Positions 54,076 through 64,000 of a stretch of 64,000 nt of DNA are shown piece by piece (within the stretch, counting starts at the first letter, position 1; each line of letters begins with the position of its first letter). This DNA comes from Bacteroidales bacterium (GTDB taxonomy: Bacteria > Bacteroidota > Bacteroidia > Bacteroidales > UBA7960). The translations under genes were made by a program, and so were the position numbers. The stretch lies in the NCBI GenBank assembly GCA_035477775.1, contig DATIKH010000133.1, positions 49,673-113,672 of the forward strand. The letters run 5' to 3'. The notes under the pieces are model-generated. The model did no database searches, was not told where the DNA came from, and saw nothing but the letters and a program-made list of their open reading frames with translations.

Positions 54076-56274
54076 CTAATTACCCATTTCGGACATAAAC
54101 CGTACCCGCATCAGCCTGACTTCTTCTTCGGTATAGTCATCTTCGCCCAATTCTTCGAGGGCTGTTTTGAAGGAATCGGTTTCGGCAGTTTTGAAATAAT
54201 TAAAAATCTCGTCCTGCTTGTCGGGTTCAACAACTTCGTTGATATAATAGCGAATATCTATTTTGGTTCCCGAGGAAACAATACTTTCTATTTCGGAGAG
54301 CAACTCTTCGAACTCAATACCCTTCGCTAGCGCAATATCTTCGAGAGAAACCTTGCGGTCGATATTCTGTATGATATACACTTTGAGGCCTGATTTATTG
54401 ACCACCGACTTTACGACCATGTCCATCGGTCGCTCTATCTCATTTTCTTCTACATAGCGGGCAATCAATTCCACAAACGGTTTCCCGAATCGCTCAGCTT
54501 TCCCGGAACCAACACCGGTAATCTGTTTAAGTTCATCGAGCTTCACAGGGTATTGGATTGCCATGTCTTCGAGCGAAGGATCCTGAAAAATGACAAACGG
54601 AGGAAGGTTGTTCTTTCGGGCAATCTCCTTGCGGAGATCTTTCAATAATGCAAACAACACTTTGTCGGTTGCACTGGTTTTTTGACCTAATCCAGACAAG
54701 GGATCGGCTTCGGCAGTACTGCTGTAGTCGTGATCCTTGCTCATTTTTACCGATCTGGGCTTTTCTAGAAATTCTTTTCCGGCTTTGGTTACTTTCAGTG
54801 TGCCATAGTCTTCTATATCTTTCTCCAGTAGCCTTTCTACGAGACTCTGTCTCAGAACGGCATTCCAGAATTTTTCGTCGAACTCGGCACCCTTGCCAAA
54901 CACCTCTAATTGATGGTGTTTGCAGTTTTTAATGGTTGTGCTTGGTTTTCCCATCAGGACATTAATTACATGCTTAGGTTTGAATAATTGTTTTACGGCC
55001 AGAACCGCTTCAATTAGCTGGCAAATGTATTCATTTCCTTCAAATTTTTCCTTGGGCTGGAGACAATTATCGCACGACCCGCAATTATCTTCCCTGTAAA
55101 TCTCTCCAAAATAATTCAACAATGTTTTGCGCCGGCAGATTGATGATTCGCTGTAGGCTACAGTTTCTGTCAGCAGTTGCATCCCGATTTCCTGTTCCGA
55201 TACTGGTTTTCCTTTCAGAAACTTCTCGAGTTTCTGAATATCGTCGTATGAGTAGAATGTGATGCAATTTCCTTCTCCGCCATCGCGCCCTGCACGGCCC
55301 GTTTCCTGATAGTAGGCCTCAAGGCTTTTGGGAATATCGTAATGGATCACGTACCTGACATCGGGCTTATCAATTCCCATTCCAAAAGCAATGGTTGCCA
55401 CAATTACCTCGGCGTCTTCCATCAGAAATCTATCCTGATTATTTATTCTGGTGGCTGATTCAAGACCAGCATGATAAGGCAAAGCCCTTATTCCGTTAAC
55501 TTTTAAGGTTTCGGCAAGCTCTTCCACCTTTTTTCGACTCAGGCAATAAATGATGCCAGACTTTCCTTCCTGCGACTTCACATACCGGATAATGTCCTTG
55601 ATACTGTTTTCCGTTTTTGGCCTTATTTCATAATAAAGATTTGGCCTGTTGAACGAGGATATGAATACAACAGCATTGAGCATATTCAAATTTTTCTGAA
55701 TATCGAGTTGTACTTTTGGAGTTGCTGTTGCCGTAAGCGCTATTAGCGGAACTTTTTTGTTGAGGGTTTGTATTATTGGACGAAGGCGCCTGTATTCGGG
55801 CCTGAAATCGTGACCCCATTCAGAGATACAATGTGCTTCATCAACGGCAAAAAAGGAAATATCGATATCTTTCAAAAACTCAACATTCTCATCTTTGGTA
55901 AGGGATTCGGGAGCAACGTAGAGTAATTTGGTTAGTCCGTCGGTTAGGTCCTTTTTTACCTGAATTATTTCTGCTTTGGTTAGCGATGAGTTTAATACAT
56001 GCGCAATGCCATTATAATCAGCAAAATTCCTTATGGTATCCACCTGGTTTTTCATAAGGGCAATCAATGGCGATACCACTATTGCGGTTCCTTTGCTAAT
56101 AAGCGCAGGCAGTTGGTAACACATCGATTTTCCGCCACCGGTAGGCATGATTACAAATGCATCTCCTCCGGCAATCAAGTGTCTTATAACATCTTCCTGT
56201 TGACCTTTAAATGTGTCGTAGCCAAAAATCTCTTTCAGCAGGTCCTTCAATGACACATCTGCTCGAACTTCCAT
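54076..56274 (-). CDS. recQ: ATP-dependent DNA helicase RecQ
   Basis: FGYDTFKGQQEDVI ... VIMPTGGGKSMCYQLPA ... FAVDEAHCISEWGHDFRPEY ... zinc-binding C..C..C.NC ... C-terminal HRDC-like region. Confidence 0.95.
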   Translation of the reverse strand: MEVRADVSLKDLLKEIFGYDTFKGQQEDVIRHLIAGGDAFVIMPTGGGKSMCYQLPALISKGTAIVVSPLIALMKNQVDTIRNFADYNGIAHVLNSSLTKAEIIQVKKDLTDGLTKLLYVAPESLTKDENVEFLKDIDISFFAVDEAHCISEWGHDFRPEYRRLRPIIQTLNKKVPLIALTATATPKVQLDIQKNLNMLNAVVFISSFNRPNLYYEIRPKTENSIKDIIRYVKSQEGKSGIIYCLSRKKVEELAETLKVNGIRALPYHAGLESATRINNQDRFLMEDAEVIVATIAFGMGIDKPDVRYVIHYDIPKSLEAYYQETGRAGRDGGEGNCITFYSYDDIQKLEKFLKGKPVSEQEIGMQLLTETVAYSESSICRRKTLLNYFGEIYREDNCGSCDNCLQPKEKFEGNEYICQLIEAVLAVKQLFKPKHVINVLMGKPSTTIKNCKHHQLEVFGKGAEFDEKFWNAVLRQSLVERLLEKDIEDYGTLKVTKAGKEFLEKPRSVKMSKDHDYSSTAEADPLSGLGQKTSATDKVLFALLKDLRKEIARKNNLPPFVIFQDPSLEDMAIQYPVKLDELKQITGVGSGKAERFGKPFVELIARYVEENEIERPMDMVVKSVVNKSGLKVYIIQNIDRKVSLEDIALAKGIEFEELLSEIESIVSSGTKIDIRYYINEVVEPDKQDEIFNYFKTAETDSFKTALEELGEDDYTEEEVRLMRVRFMSEMGN

Positions 56275-56441
56275 TCCTAAAAACCTGGTTAGACCTTTTG
56301 TTGATTATTCGTATTGTGAGGTGAGGGTTCACCCAACCTACCATGTTTAATTTTTTGTGGGTTTTATTGTTTGCAAAAATTCGTGTAGGTTTGTAAAGTA
56401 AATTTAATATTATAATTAGCGATTACCAAACTTTTTTTTGA

Positions 56442-57407
56442 TTGAAATCAAGGAACGAAATAAAAAAAATTGCCCTCGAAACCATTGAGGCCGAACTTCA
56501 GGCAGTTAGCAAGCTAAAAAATTATATCGACGATGGTTTTCTTTCGAGCATAGAAGCCATTTATCGAGGGCAAGGGCGGGTAGTATTAACCGGAATTGGA
56601 AAAAGCGCAATCATAGCTCAGAAAGTTGTTGCCACCCTGAATTCTACTGGAACACCAGCAATTTTTATGCATGCTGCTGATGCCATACATGGCGATCTGG
56701 GCATTGTGCAATCCAACGATGTGGTAATTTGCGTAAGTAATAGTGGCAATACTCCTGAAATAAAAGTATTGCTACCAATGCTCAAATCACTGGGTGCCCT
56801 GCTCATAGGCATGGTAGGAAATCCTGAATCGGAGCTTGGCAGAAAAGCTGATCTGGTAATAAATACCGCTGTAGATCAGGAAGCAGCCCCCGATCATCCG
56901 GCCCCTACTGCCAGCACTACCGCACAACTCGTAATGGGAGATGCATTGGCAATCGCGTTGCTGCACTGCAGGGGCTTCTCCATTCAGGATTTTGCCCGCT
57001 ATCATCCGGGTGGGTCTCTCGGCAAACAACTTTACACAAGGGTTGAGCACCTTTACCCTAATAATGAAAAGCCCAAAGTAAGCCTTGATGCTCCCCTGCG
57101 CGAAGTAATTATTGAAATCACCTCCAAAAGACTTGGAGTTACTGCAGTGGTTGACAACGAAACGCTTTGCGGAATAATAACCGATGGCGACCTCCGGAGA
57201 ATGCTCCAGCGCAATCCAGACCTAACCGCCCTGAAAGCTTCGGAAATTATGACTACCAACCCAAAAACCATCGATAGCAATACTTTGGCGGTAGAAGCAC
57301 TTCAGGTAATGCGCAAGTACAACATTACCCAGTTGTTAGTTGTTGATAATTTGCAATACAAGGGAGTAGTACATTTGCATGACATTATTAAAGAAGGCAT
57401 AATCTAG
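56442..57407 (+). CDS. kdsD: KpsF/GutQ-family arabinose-5-phosphate isomerase (SIS + 2 CBS domains)
   Basis: GRVVLTGIGKSAIIAQKVVATLNSTGTPAIFMHAADAIHGDLG. C-terminal CBS pair. The start is TTG at 56442, immediately after an in-frame TGA. The next in-frame ATG would delete the conserved N-terminal helix and part of the SIS domain. Confidence 0.88.
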   Translation: MKSRNEIKKIALETIEAELQAVSKLKNYIDDGFLSSIEAIYRGQGRVVLTGIGKSAIIAQKVVATLNSTGTPAIFMHAADAIHGDLGIVQSNDVVICVSNSGNTPEIKVLLPMLKSLGALLIGMVGNPESELGRKADLVINTAVDQEAAPDHPAPTASTTAQLVMGDALAIALLHCRGFSIQDFARYHPGGSLGKQLYTRVEHLYPNNEKPKVSLDAPLREVIIEITSKRLGVTAVVDNETLCGIITDGDLRRMLQRNPDLTALKASEIMTTNPKTIDSNTLAVEALQVMRKYNITQLLVVDNLQYKGVVHLHDIIKEGII

Positions 57408-57414
57408 ATGTGAA

Positions 57415-57762
57415 ATGAGCGATTTGGTTAAAGAATTTAATGAATACAGGGCGCGCATGAATGCGTCGGTAATGCAAGCCGACAATCTTACCCTGAAGCG
57501 GCTTTTCAATCTCGACTCCAACGCATACACTGAAGGGGCGTTACCCACACGCACAAAGGAAATGATTGGACTTGCCGCGTCGATGGTTCTGCGTTGCGAC
57601 GACTGTGTAAAATACCACCTTCAAAAATGTCATGAGTTGGGTGTTTCGCAGGAGGAGATTTTTGAAGTTTTTGCCATTTCCAACATAGTTGGGGGAACCA
57701 TTGTTATACCCCATCTTCGAAGGGCTGTAGAATTTTGGAATGCCCTTTGTGAAACCAAATAA
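57415..57762 (+). CDS. Carboxymuconolactone decarboxylase (AhpD-like) family protein
   Basis: LPTRTKEMIGLAASMVLRCDDCVKYHLQKCHELGVSQEEI, the CMD-family core with a C-x-x-C. Confidence 0.75.
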   Translation: MSDLVKEFNEYRARMNASVMQADNLTLKRLFNLDSNAYTEGALPTRTKEMIGLAASMVLRCDDCVKYHLQKCHELGVSQEEIFEVFAISNIVGGTIVIPHLRRAVEFWNALCETK

Positions 57763-57810
57763 CCATTCGAAACACTTTCGTTTTCCACCTAAATTTAAAT
57801 GATTTTATAG

Positions 57811-58536
57811 ATGAGGTTGTACTCTGAAAACCTTGTAAAAAAATACAAAAAGCGGGTTGTAGTAAACCATGCCTCTATCGAAGTGCACCAAGGCGAAATT
57901 GTAGGTTTGCTTGGCCCAAATGGGGCAGGAAAAACCACCACTTTTTACATGATAGTTGGACTGATAAAAGCCAACGAGGGGCGAATTTTTATCGACCAGA
58001 CCGAAATCACTAAGATGCCCATGTACCGCAGGGCACAGAAAGGTATTGGATATCTTGCACAAGAAGCAAGCGTTTTTCGAAATTTGAGCGTTGAGGACAA
58101 CATCAAAGCGGTGCTTGAGTTTACCGACCTATCGAAAGCTGAACAATCGGAACGTCTTGAAAATCTGCTATCTGAATTTGGTTTGAACCATATCAGAAAG
58201 AGCTTGGGAATAACCCTTTCAGGAGGCGAACGCCGCAGAACTGAAATAGCCCGGTCGCTTGCAGTAAATCCCAAGTTTATCCTTCTCGATGAGCCATTTG
58301 CAGGAGTCGATCCCATTGCTGTGGAAGACATTCAAACAATCGTTTCGAAGCTCAAAGAAAAAAACATCGGGGTGCTCATTACCGACCACAACGTGCACGA
58401 AACTTTGTCAATAACCGACAGAGCCTATCTTTTGTTCGAAGGTTCGATTCTCAAATCGGGTACTGCAGAAGAACTGGCGCTTGATGAAGAAGTACGCCGG
58501 GTTTATTTAGGCACTAATTTTCAATTGCGCCGCTAA
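57811..58536 (+). CDS. lptB: LPS export ABC transporter ATP-binding protein
   Basis: [59 protein letters not shown]. 241 aa. Confidence 0.9.
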   Translation: MRLYSENLVKKYKKRVVVNHASIEVHQGEIVGLLGPNGAGKTTTFYMIVGLIKANEGRIFIDQTEITKMPMYRRAQKGIGYLAQEASVFRNLSVEDNIKAVLEFTDLSKAEQSERLENLLSEFGLNHIRKSLGITLSGGERRRTEIARSLAVNPKFILLDEPFAGVDPIAVEDIQTIVSKLKEKNIGVLITDHNVHETLSITDRAYLLFEGSILKSGTAEELALDEEVRRVYLGTNFQLRR

Positions 58537-58547
58537 CCTCCATACCA

Positions 58548-59030
58548 TTAGTCCTTTTTTAGCAGGAGCACCGCAGCATAAGCTGTTATGCCTTCTTGTC
58601 GTCCGATAAAACCCATACTTTCGGAAGTGGTTGCTTTAATGGATATTTTGGAAAGATCAACATCTAAAATGGCAGCCAAATGGTTGCGCATTTCTGGGAT
58701 AAAGCCTGCAATTTTGGGTTTCTCAAGGCAAACGGTAGCATCCAAATTTCCAACAACGTACCCGTCTTTTGCTACCAGTCTCATAACCCTTTCCAGCAGT
58801 ATTTTACTGTCGATTCCTTTGAGCGAAGGGTCCGTGTCGGGAAAATGCACACCGATGTCCCTCAAGCCGGAAGCCCCAAGCATGGCATCCATTATGGCAT
58901 GTATCAACACATCGCCATCGGAATGACCTAAAGAACCAGCATGATTTGGTACCAATGCGCCCCCAATAACGAGGGGCCTGCCTTCAACGAGTTTATGTAC
59001 ATCATAACCGAAACCAACCCGTATATCCAT
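58548..59030 (-). CDS. ispF: 2-C-methyl-D-erythritol 2,4-cyclodiphosphate synthase
   Basis: MDIRVGFGYDVHKL ... GHSDGDVLIHAIMDAMLGA ... KATTSE. Confidence 0.95.
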   Translation of the reverse strand: MDIRVGFGYDVHKLVEGRPLVIGGALVPNHAGSLGHSDGDVLIHAIMDAMLGASGLRDIGVHFPDTDPSLKGIDSKILLERVMRLVAKDGYVVGNLDATVCLEKPKIAGFIPEMRNHLAAILDVDLSKISIKATTSESMGFIGRQEGITAYAAVLLLKKD

Positions 59031-59105
59031 TACGCAAGCATCAAAAAAAACTCTATATAGTTCCCAAATGTTAACGAGCTACACCCTGATTATATGGCTA
59101 TATGA

Positions 59106-60320
59106 TTAATTTAGGATGTTCTCAGACCTTAGGGCGTCAAAGTCGAAACTCAATGAAAAGCGCAATACGTTTTCAAGCGGGCTTCTTTGGGCTAATGGCA
59201 CAAGGTAGGCAAAATCAAGTCCAAACACATGGTATTTGAGCCCAAGCCCAAGGGTGAAAAACTTCCTGTCTCCTTTGGTTTCGTGCTCATGAAAGTACCC
59301 CGCCCGAAGGGCAAACTGCCGGTCGTACCAATACTCTACCCCAAAGGAATAGGTAATCTCGTTGAGTTCTTCGCGAAACCCGCCGGGCGCGTCGGTAAAT
59401 GACCCTAAAATACCTGAGGCAACCGACCTGTGAGGGTTGCGTCCGGCTGCAATCACATACTCCCCGTCCGGGCCTATAACAACATTCCCTGTTGTTTCAT
59501 CGCGCAAATAAATTGGAGGTGTTGGTACAAGAAGTTTATTGAAATCAACCATCAACGAGAGTTGATTATAATCGTCTAAATTAAAAGTAAATGATGGACC
59601 TATCCTGAGGTTAATCGGGATAAAATTAGCATGAATCTCATCGGAATAGGAAATCTTGTTTCCGATATTTGAAATGTTTATACCTGCAGAAAATATAGTT
59701 GGTGTGCGCCAATTCAGTTCGCGTGTATAAAATGCCGATACATCTGCCGCTATTGCTGTTCCAGGCCTTGTTTCTACTCCACCAACAAATTGCCCCTGGG
59801 TAAGATTGCTGTAAATATAGCGCACACCTATTGCTCCCGAAAAATGTTCCCCTAATTTTCTGGCGTAAGCTACATTGATGGAAAACTCATTCGGTCGAAC
59901 GGGAAATAGGAACTCACCAGCCTCATCGGTAAAGTTGATTTCGCCAAGGGTAAAGTAGGTAAGCGAGAAGGCAACCGTCTGAAGCTCGTCTATTCTCCTG
60001 AAAGCGCTTAAATAAGAAAGGTTTATGTCAGGCACCAGTGCCCGCAACCATGGCGTATAGTTCAACGACAGACCCATTTCGCTCTCGATAAAAGCAAACT
60101 TGGCAGGATTCCAGTGCATGGAATTGGCATCAGGGGTAGAAGACACACCGGCATCGCCCATAGCACCTGCCCGCGAATCCGGGGCAATCATCAGAAATGG
60201 CACGGCTGTGGTAATGGTATTTAGCCTTTGACCAAGCACATCGCGGTAAGCCTGGGCAATAGCATTCTGGAAGGTTAAAAGGAAGCCTGCTGCAACTAAT
60301 AATGTGATGATTTTTTTCAT
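59106..60320 (-). CDS. porV: Type IX secretion system outer-membrane shuttle protein PorV (LptO)
   Basis: Signal peptide MKKIITLLVAAGFLLTFQNAIAQ, then LNTITTAVPFLMIAPDSRAGAMGDAGVSSTPDANSMHWNPAKFAF, the PorV signature N-terminus. Downstream of porU. Start at ATG 60320. Confidence 0.85.
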   Translation of the reverse strand: MKKIITLLVAAGFLLTFQNAIAQAYRDVLGQRLNTITTAVPFLMIAPDSRAGAMGDAGVSSTPDANSMHWNPAKFAFIESEMGLSLNYTPWLRALVPDINLSYLSAFRRIDELQTVAFSLTYFTLGEINFTDEAGEFLFPVRPNEFSINVAYARKLGEHFSGAIGVRYIYSNLTQGQFVGGVETRPGTAIAADVSAFYTRELNWRTPTIFSAGINISNIGNKISYSDEIHANFIPINLRIGPSFTFNLDDYNQLSLMVDFNKLLVPTPPIYLRDETTGNVVIGPDGEYVIAAGRNPHRSVASGILGSFTDAPGGFREELNEITYSFGVEYWYDRQFALRAGYFHEHETKGDRKFFTLGLGLKYHVFGLDFAYLVPLAQRSPLENVLRFSLSFDFDALRSENILN

Positions 60321-60588
60321 TACAAATCTTGGTTGGTTAAAAAGCATTTAACAATAGCTTATTTTTTGGTAAATACTCGAAGGAACTTGTCCTGACTGCC
60401 ATGGTTAGGAAAATTAACCTGTCATCAAATCCCCAAGTTGTTCAAAAAATTCACCAAAGTAGAATTTTACTATAATTTCTTCAGATTTGTAGGTTAGCAG
60501 ACCTTCTTAATAATGCAAAGATAACGAAATAATAATTTCTCTATTGTTTGATGTAGCCTTCGACCATGCTCAATTATTGTACAGTTGT

Positions 60589-63500
60589 TTACCGAATAAT
60601 TACGAGTTTTTGTGTGGCTATCGAAGAATTACCATCTGGCGTTCGCAGGATTAGCCGGTATATATAGACCCCATTTCCAATTAGATTTCCATCGATACCT
60701 CTTCCATCCCAACGAATCGGCGGAGAGAGAAATCCGGGAGTATTCTGACGCGCTTCGATAAATTGAACAAGCTGGCCCCGCAAATCAAAAATCTCGATCC
60801 GGATGTTCAGATCGGTAAATGGCTGATTGTGTGTAAACCTAAAAGAAGTTTCCAGACTGAAAGGATTTGGATAATTCAACAAATTTTCCAAGGCAAGTGA
60901 GGCCGCTGAGCTTACTATGAACTCGATAGATTTTATTGAAGGATTGTTGTGTGTGTCCCATGCACGCAGGGTTAATTGGTGGCGCCCATCAGGTAATTTG
61001 TAAAATGGATAAACCACCTTACCCGAAGTGAAATCATCGAGGTTATTCTGGAAAAAATTGTTCAGAATGATTGATTGTTGCGCATTGTCATTGAGAAAAG
61101 TGACAATGTCGTGCCCGACACGGCCAGAAATATTGATTCCATTTTTATCGGACAGTTTGGCAATCAGGATAGGATTTTGATTTGTGGTTCCGCCCGAAAC
61201 GAACGATGTATCGTTCATAAATAATCGAATATCCGGACCTGTAAAATCTGGTTCAACCCCCTGATAGGTACCCCCAATCACGAAATCCTGAAAATACCCG
61301 TTACCGTCGTTTACACCATCAAATGCATAATAGCTGATGCGCCCTGAGCCAAAACTGTAAGTAATATTCGCTGGAACGGAAAACTGAAACGAAAACCTTC
61401 CATTCACCACACTTGCCTTTCCCCTGTAAATCAGCACATCGCGTTTGAAAAAATCGCTTCTGAAGCTATCGTTGTCCTGGCCAAATGTATTGAAAAGTGA
61501 TTTTTTGTCGAAAACGGTTGGGTAAACATAACCGTTGAAGCCCGAAAGGAGGTTGCCTGCTTGATCAGCAATGTAGCCACTCACCGATACAGTTTGAAAA
61601 GCCTTAATGGTGTCAGGCATTGCTTCGGTAATAACGCGGTAACGCGGACGAGCCATGTGCATCGAAGGGTCGCCCAGCAAAACAAAATTCCGGATTCTCC
61701 AGGTTTCTAAGAGGCCACTGCTTCTGATTTTCGAAAGTCTGATAATGTCGCCAAGACGGTTGTAATTTCCATGTTGGTCTCGTTCAAAAGAGGCATCTAT
61801 AAAATTGCGGTTCAGCACCATGTTAGGTCCAGACCATGCCAAACGTGTCGTAGTGAAAAGAGCAATGGCACCTCCATTGGGTTTCAGAAAAATTCTTACA
61901 CCGGCCGAGACCTCGTCAGGGTCTGGATTGTCGAACCGTGAAAATTCGCATGTGGCCGTCATGAACACAGGAAGATTATAATAATTTCTCCATGAAGCAA
62001 TATCTGAAAAAGTTAGGACCCGCTCATGTCCAAGACCGGATGTACCGCCATGCCCTATATAATTTATGAGTAAAGCACCCTGGTTAACGGCTTCGTTGAT
62101 GGCTCGGTTCACTTCGGGGTACCTTGCTCCACCTGCAAGGGTAAGCTGGTTGAAGGCATCAAAATAGATCTTTTCAACATTAAACTTTGGGAACCGGCTT
62201 TCCATAGTAGCGGCAAGCACTTCAGAGTCAATATAGTGGCGGTTGAAGTCCTGGTCGTCGGCAACAAAAACAACCCTGTTTCGCCAATCAGCAAAATTGG
62301 ACACAAATCCAGTACTCATAGTACCCTCTTGTGGATTTACGTGTTGGGAAACAGGTATCTGATACCTTAGAAGTTTATCCACCACATCGCGGGCTTCTTC
62401 AATAGTTCGGACTGGCAGCCTCCCGATCCCGATGTCAAGGTCGCCTTCGGAATGAAAACCTTCATTGTCGTCGAGTAATCCAAAAAAATCATCCGTCATG
62501 AATGAGCGGTCGTAATGCAGGGAGTTTTGACTCTGAAATGTGGGGATGTAGTTGCCTCCGAAATCCAAAAGATTGCGGTTGTCGTACGTGCCATTACCGA
62601 AAAGCAGCAAATAGCGGGGCAACTGGTTTTGATTTTGTGCCCTGTCGTAAAACATTTTCATAAAATTCCGTATGGCACCGATATCGGGTGTTCCGGATGA
62701 GAACTCATTGTAAATCTGGTTGGTGGTTACAACCGATACCCTCAATCCATCCATAATCCGCCTGAACTCTCCCAACCTCTCGGCTTCTGACTTGAATTCT
62801 TCAGGAACAACAATGGTAAGGTCAGCTACTGCCATTCCATGCAAGTTTTGATTGGCTACCCTTCCTGCTCTGCGAGGCCTCAAGAAGCTACTTCCATCAA
62901 ATACGACATATTGCCTAAGTTGGGAAGCATGCTGCCTAAAATGTAAGTTGCTACCCTCTATAACGGTTTGTTGCACCCTCACATTAAATCGGTCTGTAAC
63001 ATCCCAAACCACCGATTGACTCGATACATCAGTTATATTATATTGTTTAATATTGCCCACACCGATGATGTTTACATTCCGAAAATCCATCTGGGGACCA
63101 ACAAATCTGAGTTGGCGGGTTACATTAAACTCTAAAAAATTTAACCAACCCCGGGCTTCGGCATTGGGACGATTATAAGTTACTGTTGCGCGGATTTGAG
63201 AGGGTTGATTTGGATTAAACCACATGGTTTGTTCCGAAAAGTTGGCAAATGGCCCGGTAAAATGAGCCGTAAAAATCTGGTTGACAGGAAGCGTCAGCAG
63301 CCCTGAACCTGTATTAACAGTAAAAGAACTGGTAACCGAAGACCGAGCGGCAACATGAGCTCTGATTCTTGCAGGAGATTGTGTTACCAGATTCGGAAAA
63401 GAAAATGTAAATTCTCGTGATAAGGTTGCATCAAACACTTCACCATACCATTCCCTGCCACTACTTAACAGGTTTACCAAATCGAGGTGGTGGAAAGCAA

Positions 63501-64000
63501 AATCCTGAAAAGTAGTAACTTGGTGGGTAGCCTCTGCCTGTAAATTGGGTTCAATCTGCATACGAAGTCCAGCACCCTGGTCGGTAGTCAAAAAATAGCA
63601 GGTTTCTTTTGCGTACAAATGTATGTGGTGATCAAATGCCCGGGTTGCAGGATTGAAAACCCATTGATTTGGCGACTGGCCATAAAACAAAATGAAATCG
63701 CTCTGTCCGAAAATTCCGGCTTGCTGTCCTGAAACAAATATTGCATTTTCCCTTAGGTCGGTTATCCTGCTGCTGTTGTTAGCCTCTGGAAGCATACCCC
63801 CGCCATTTCCAAATATCCTGATATTGGCCCTTTGAAGCCCCTGAGTATTTATTCCCATCTCTACAAGATCATTGTAGGTAAGCCGGTAAACTCCAGATTG
63901 TTCTACGCAGATCTTATGCCAGGTTCCCTGTGCCAGTACAGAGTTTGCAGGATATGGGTGTGAGGAAGCTGCAAAAACTTCCGGTGCAAAAACTTGTTCT
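60589..64000 (-). CDS. porU: Type IX secretion system sortase PorU (C25 gingipain-like peptidase), 5' end beyond the window
   Basis: The track starts it at Met 63858, but the 47 codons from 63999 to 63859 are open in the same frame. They encode ...SVLAQGTWHKICVEQSGVYRLTYNDLVE, the typical PorU N-terminal segment. C25-type catalytic blocks: INYIGHGG (His) and FMTATCEFSRFD (Cys). A retained CTD-like tail reads LLNYPNPFSLE...GVYIYRLIL. Confidence 0.85.
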   Translation of the reverse strand, partial: EQVFAPEVFAASSHPYPANSVLAQGTWHKICVEQSGVYRLTYNDLVEMGINTQGLQRANIRIFGNGGGMLPEANNSSRITDLRENAIFVSGQQAGIFGQSDFILFYGQSPNQWVFNPATRAFDHHIHLYAKETCYFLTTDQGAGLRMQIEPNLQAEATHQVTTFQDFAFHHLDLVNLLSSGREWYGEVFDATLSREFTFSFPNLVTQSPARIRAHVAARSSVTSSFTVNTGSGLLTLPVNQIFTAHFTGPFANFSEQTMWFNPNQPSQIRATVTYNRPNAEARGWLNFLEFNVTRQLRFVGPQMDFRNVNIIGVGNIKQYNITDVSSQSVVWDVTDRFNVRVQQTVIEGSNLHFRQHASQLRQYVVFDGSSFLRPRRAGRVANQNLHGMAVADLTIVVPEEFKSEAERLGEFRRIMDGLRVSVVTTNQIYNEFSSGTPDIGAIRNFMKMFYDRAQNQNQLPRYLLLFGNGTYDNRNLLDFGGNYIPTFQSQNSLHYDRSFMTDDFFGLLDDNEGFHSEGDLDIGIGRLPVRTIEEARDVVDKLLRYQIPVSQHVNPQEGTMSTGFVSNFADWRNRVVFVADDQDFNRHYIDSEVLAATMESRFPKFNVEKIYFDAFNQLTLAGGARYPEVNRAINEAVNQGALLINYIGHGGTSGLGHERVLTFSDIASWRNYYNLPVFMTATCEFSRFDNPDPDEVSAGVRIFLKPNGGAIALFTTTRLAWSGPNMVLNRNFIDASFERDQHGNYNRLGDIIRLSKIRSSGLLETWRIRNFVLLGDPSMHMARPRYRVITEAMPDTIKAFQTVSVSGYIADQAGNLLSGFNGYVYPTVFDKKSLFNTFGQDNDSFRSDFFKRDVLIYRGKASVVNGRFSFQFSVPANITYSFGSGRISYYAFDGVNDGNGYFQDFVIGGTYQGVEPDFTGPDIRLFMNDTSFVSGGTTNQNPILIAKLSDKNGINISGRVGHDIVTFLNDNAQQSIILNNFFQNNLDDFTSGKVVYPFYKLPDGRHQLTLRAWDTHNNPSIKSIEFIVSSAASLALENLLNYPNPFSLETSFRFTHNQPFTDLNIRIEIFDLRGQLVQFIEARQNTPGFLSPPIRWDGRGIDGNLIGNGVYIYRLILRTPDGNSSIATQKLVIIR

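Noticed and set aside
57765-57790. Mini-hairpin cgaaa-cac-tttcg followed by ttttcc after the CMD-family gene
   Set aside because: The stem is only 5 bp with a 3-nt loop, which is below what I would accept as an intrinsic terminator.
1-64000. Looked for CRISPR arrays, transposase/integrase/recombinase genes, phage genes, toxin-antitoxin or restriction-modification genes, and long direct or inverted repeats
   Set aside because: None seen. All ORFs of 100 aa or more are accounted for by the listed genes or their shadow frames. The only repeats found are protein-domain repeats within and between the T9SS cargo genes.

Overview
Bacteroidota-type chromosome segment. Evidence: a SusC/SusD pair, the type IX secretion (T9SS) genes porQ, porV and porU, three type-A T9SS C-terminal sorting domains, and TAnnTTTG-type promoter boxes.

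Left third (1-22672): 12 genes, all on the minus strand, forming an accessory-looking polysaccharide-utilisation-type locus. It combines SusC/SusD with T9SS-exported modular proteins (an Amidase_3 N-acetylmuramoyl-L-alanine amidase, a GHL10/YngK-like hydrolase-like protein and non-catalytic binding-type proteins), a DUF1343/NamZ-type exo-muramidase homologue, a BadF/BadG-type sugar kinase and the MurQ etherase. I read this as a candidate peptidoglycan/MurNAc-harvesting locus. It is the most interesting thing in the window.

Remainder (22.7-64 kb): tightly packed housekeeping genes.
- slyD, ruvX-def-M16 peptidase-O-methyltransferase, ispH
- the nusB-DUF1573-yajC-ybbR-like-coaE block
- the parA-parB-DUF5683-dapB-lepB block
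- a PLP decarboxylase, ftsK-lolA, guaA, yggS, dCMP deaminase, recQ, kdsD, lptB, ispF
- the T9SS genes porQ, porV and porU

Two edge-truncated ORFs are missing from the supplied ORF track and were recovered by reading the frames by hand: 1-2255 minus, and the extension of porU to 64000. I saw no rRNA, tRNA, CRISPR array, transposase or integrase. All family calls rest on motif recognition by eye; no searches were run.
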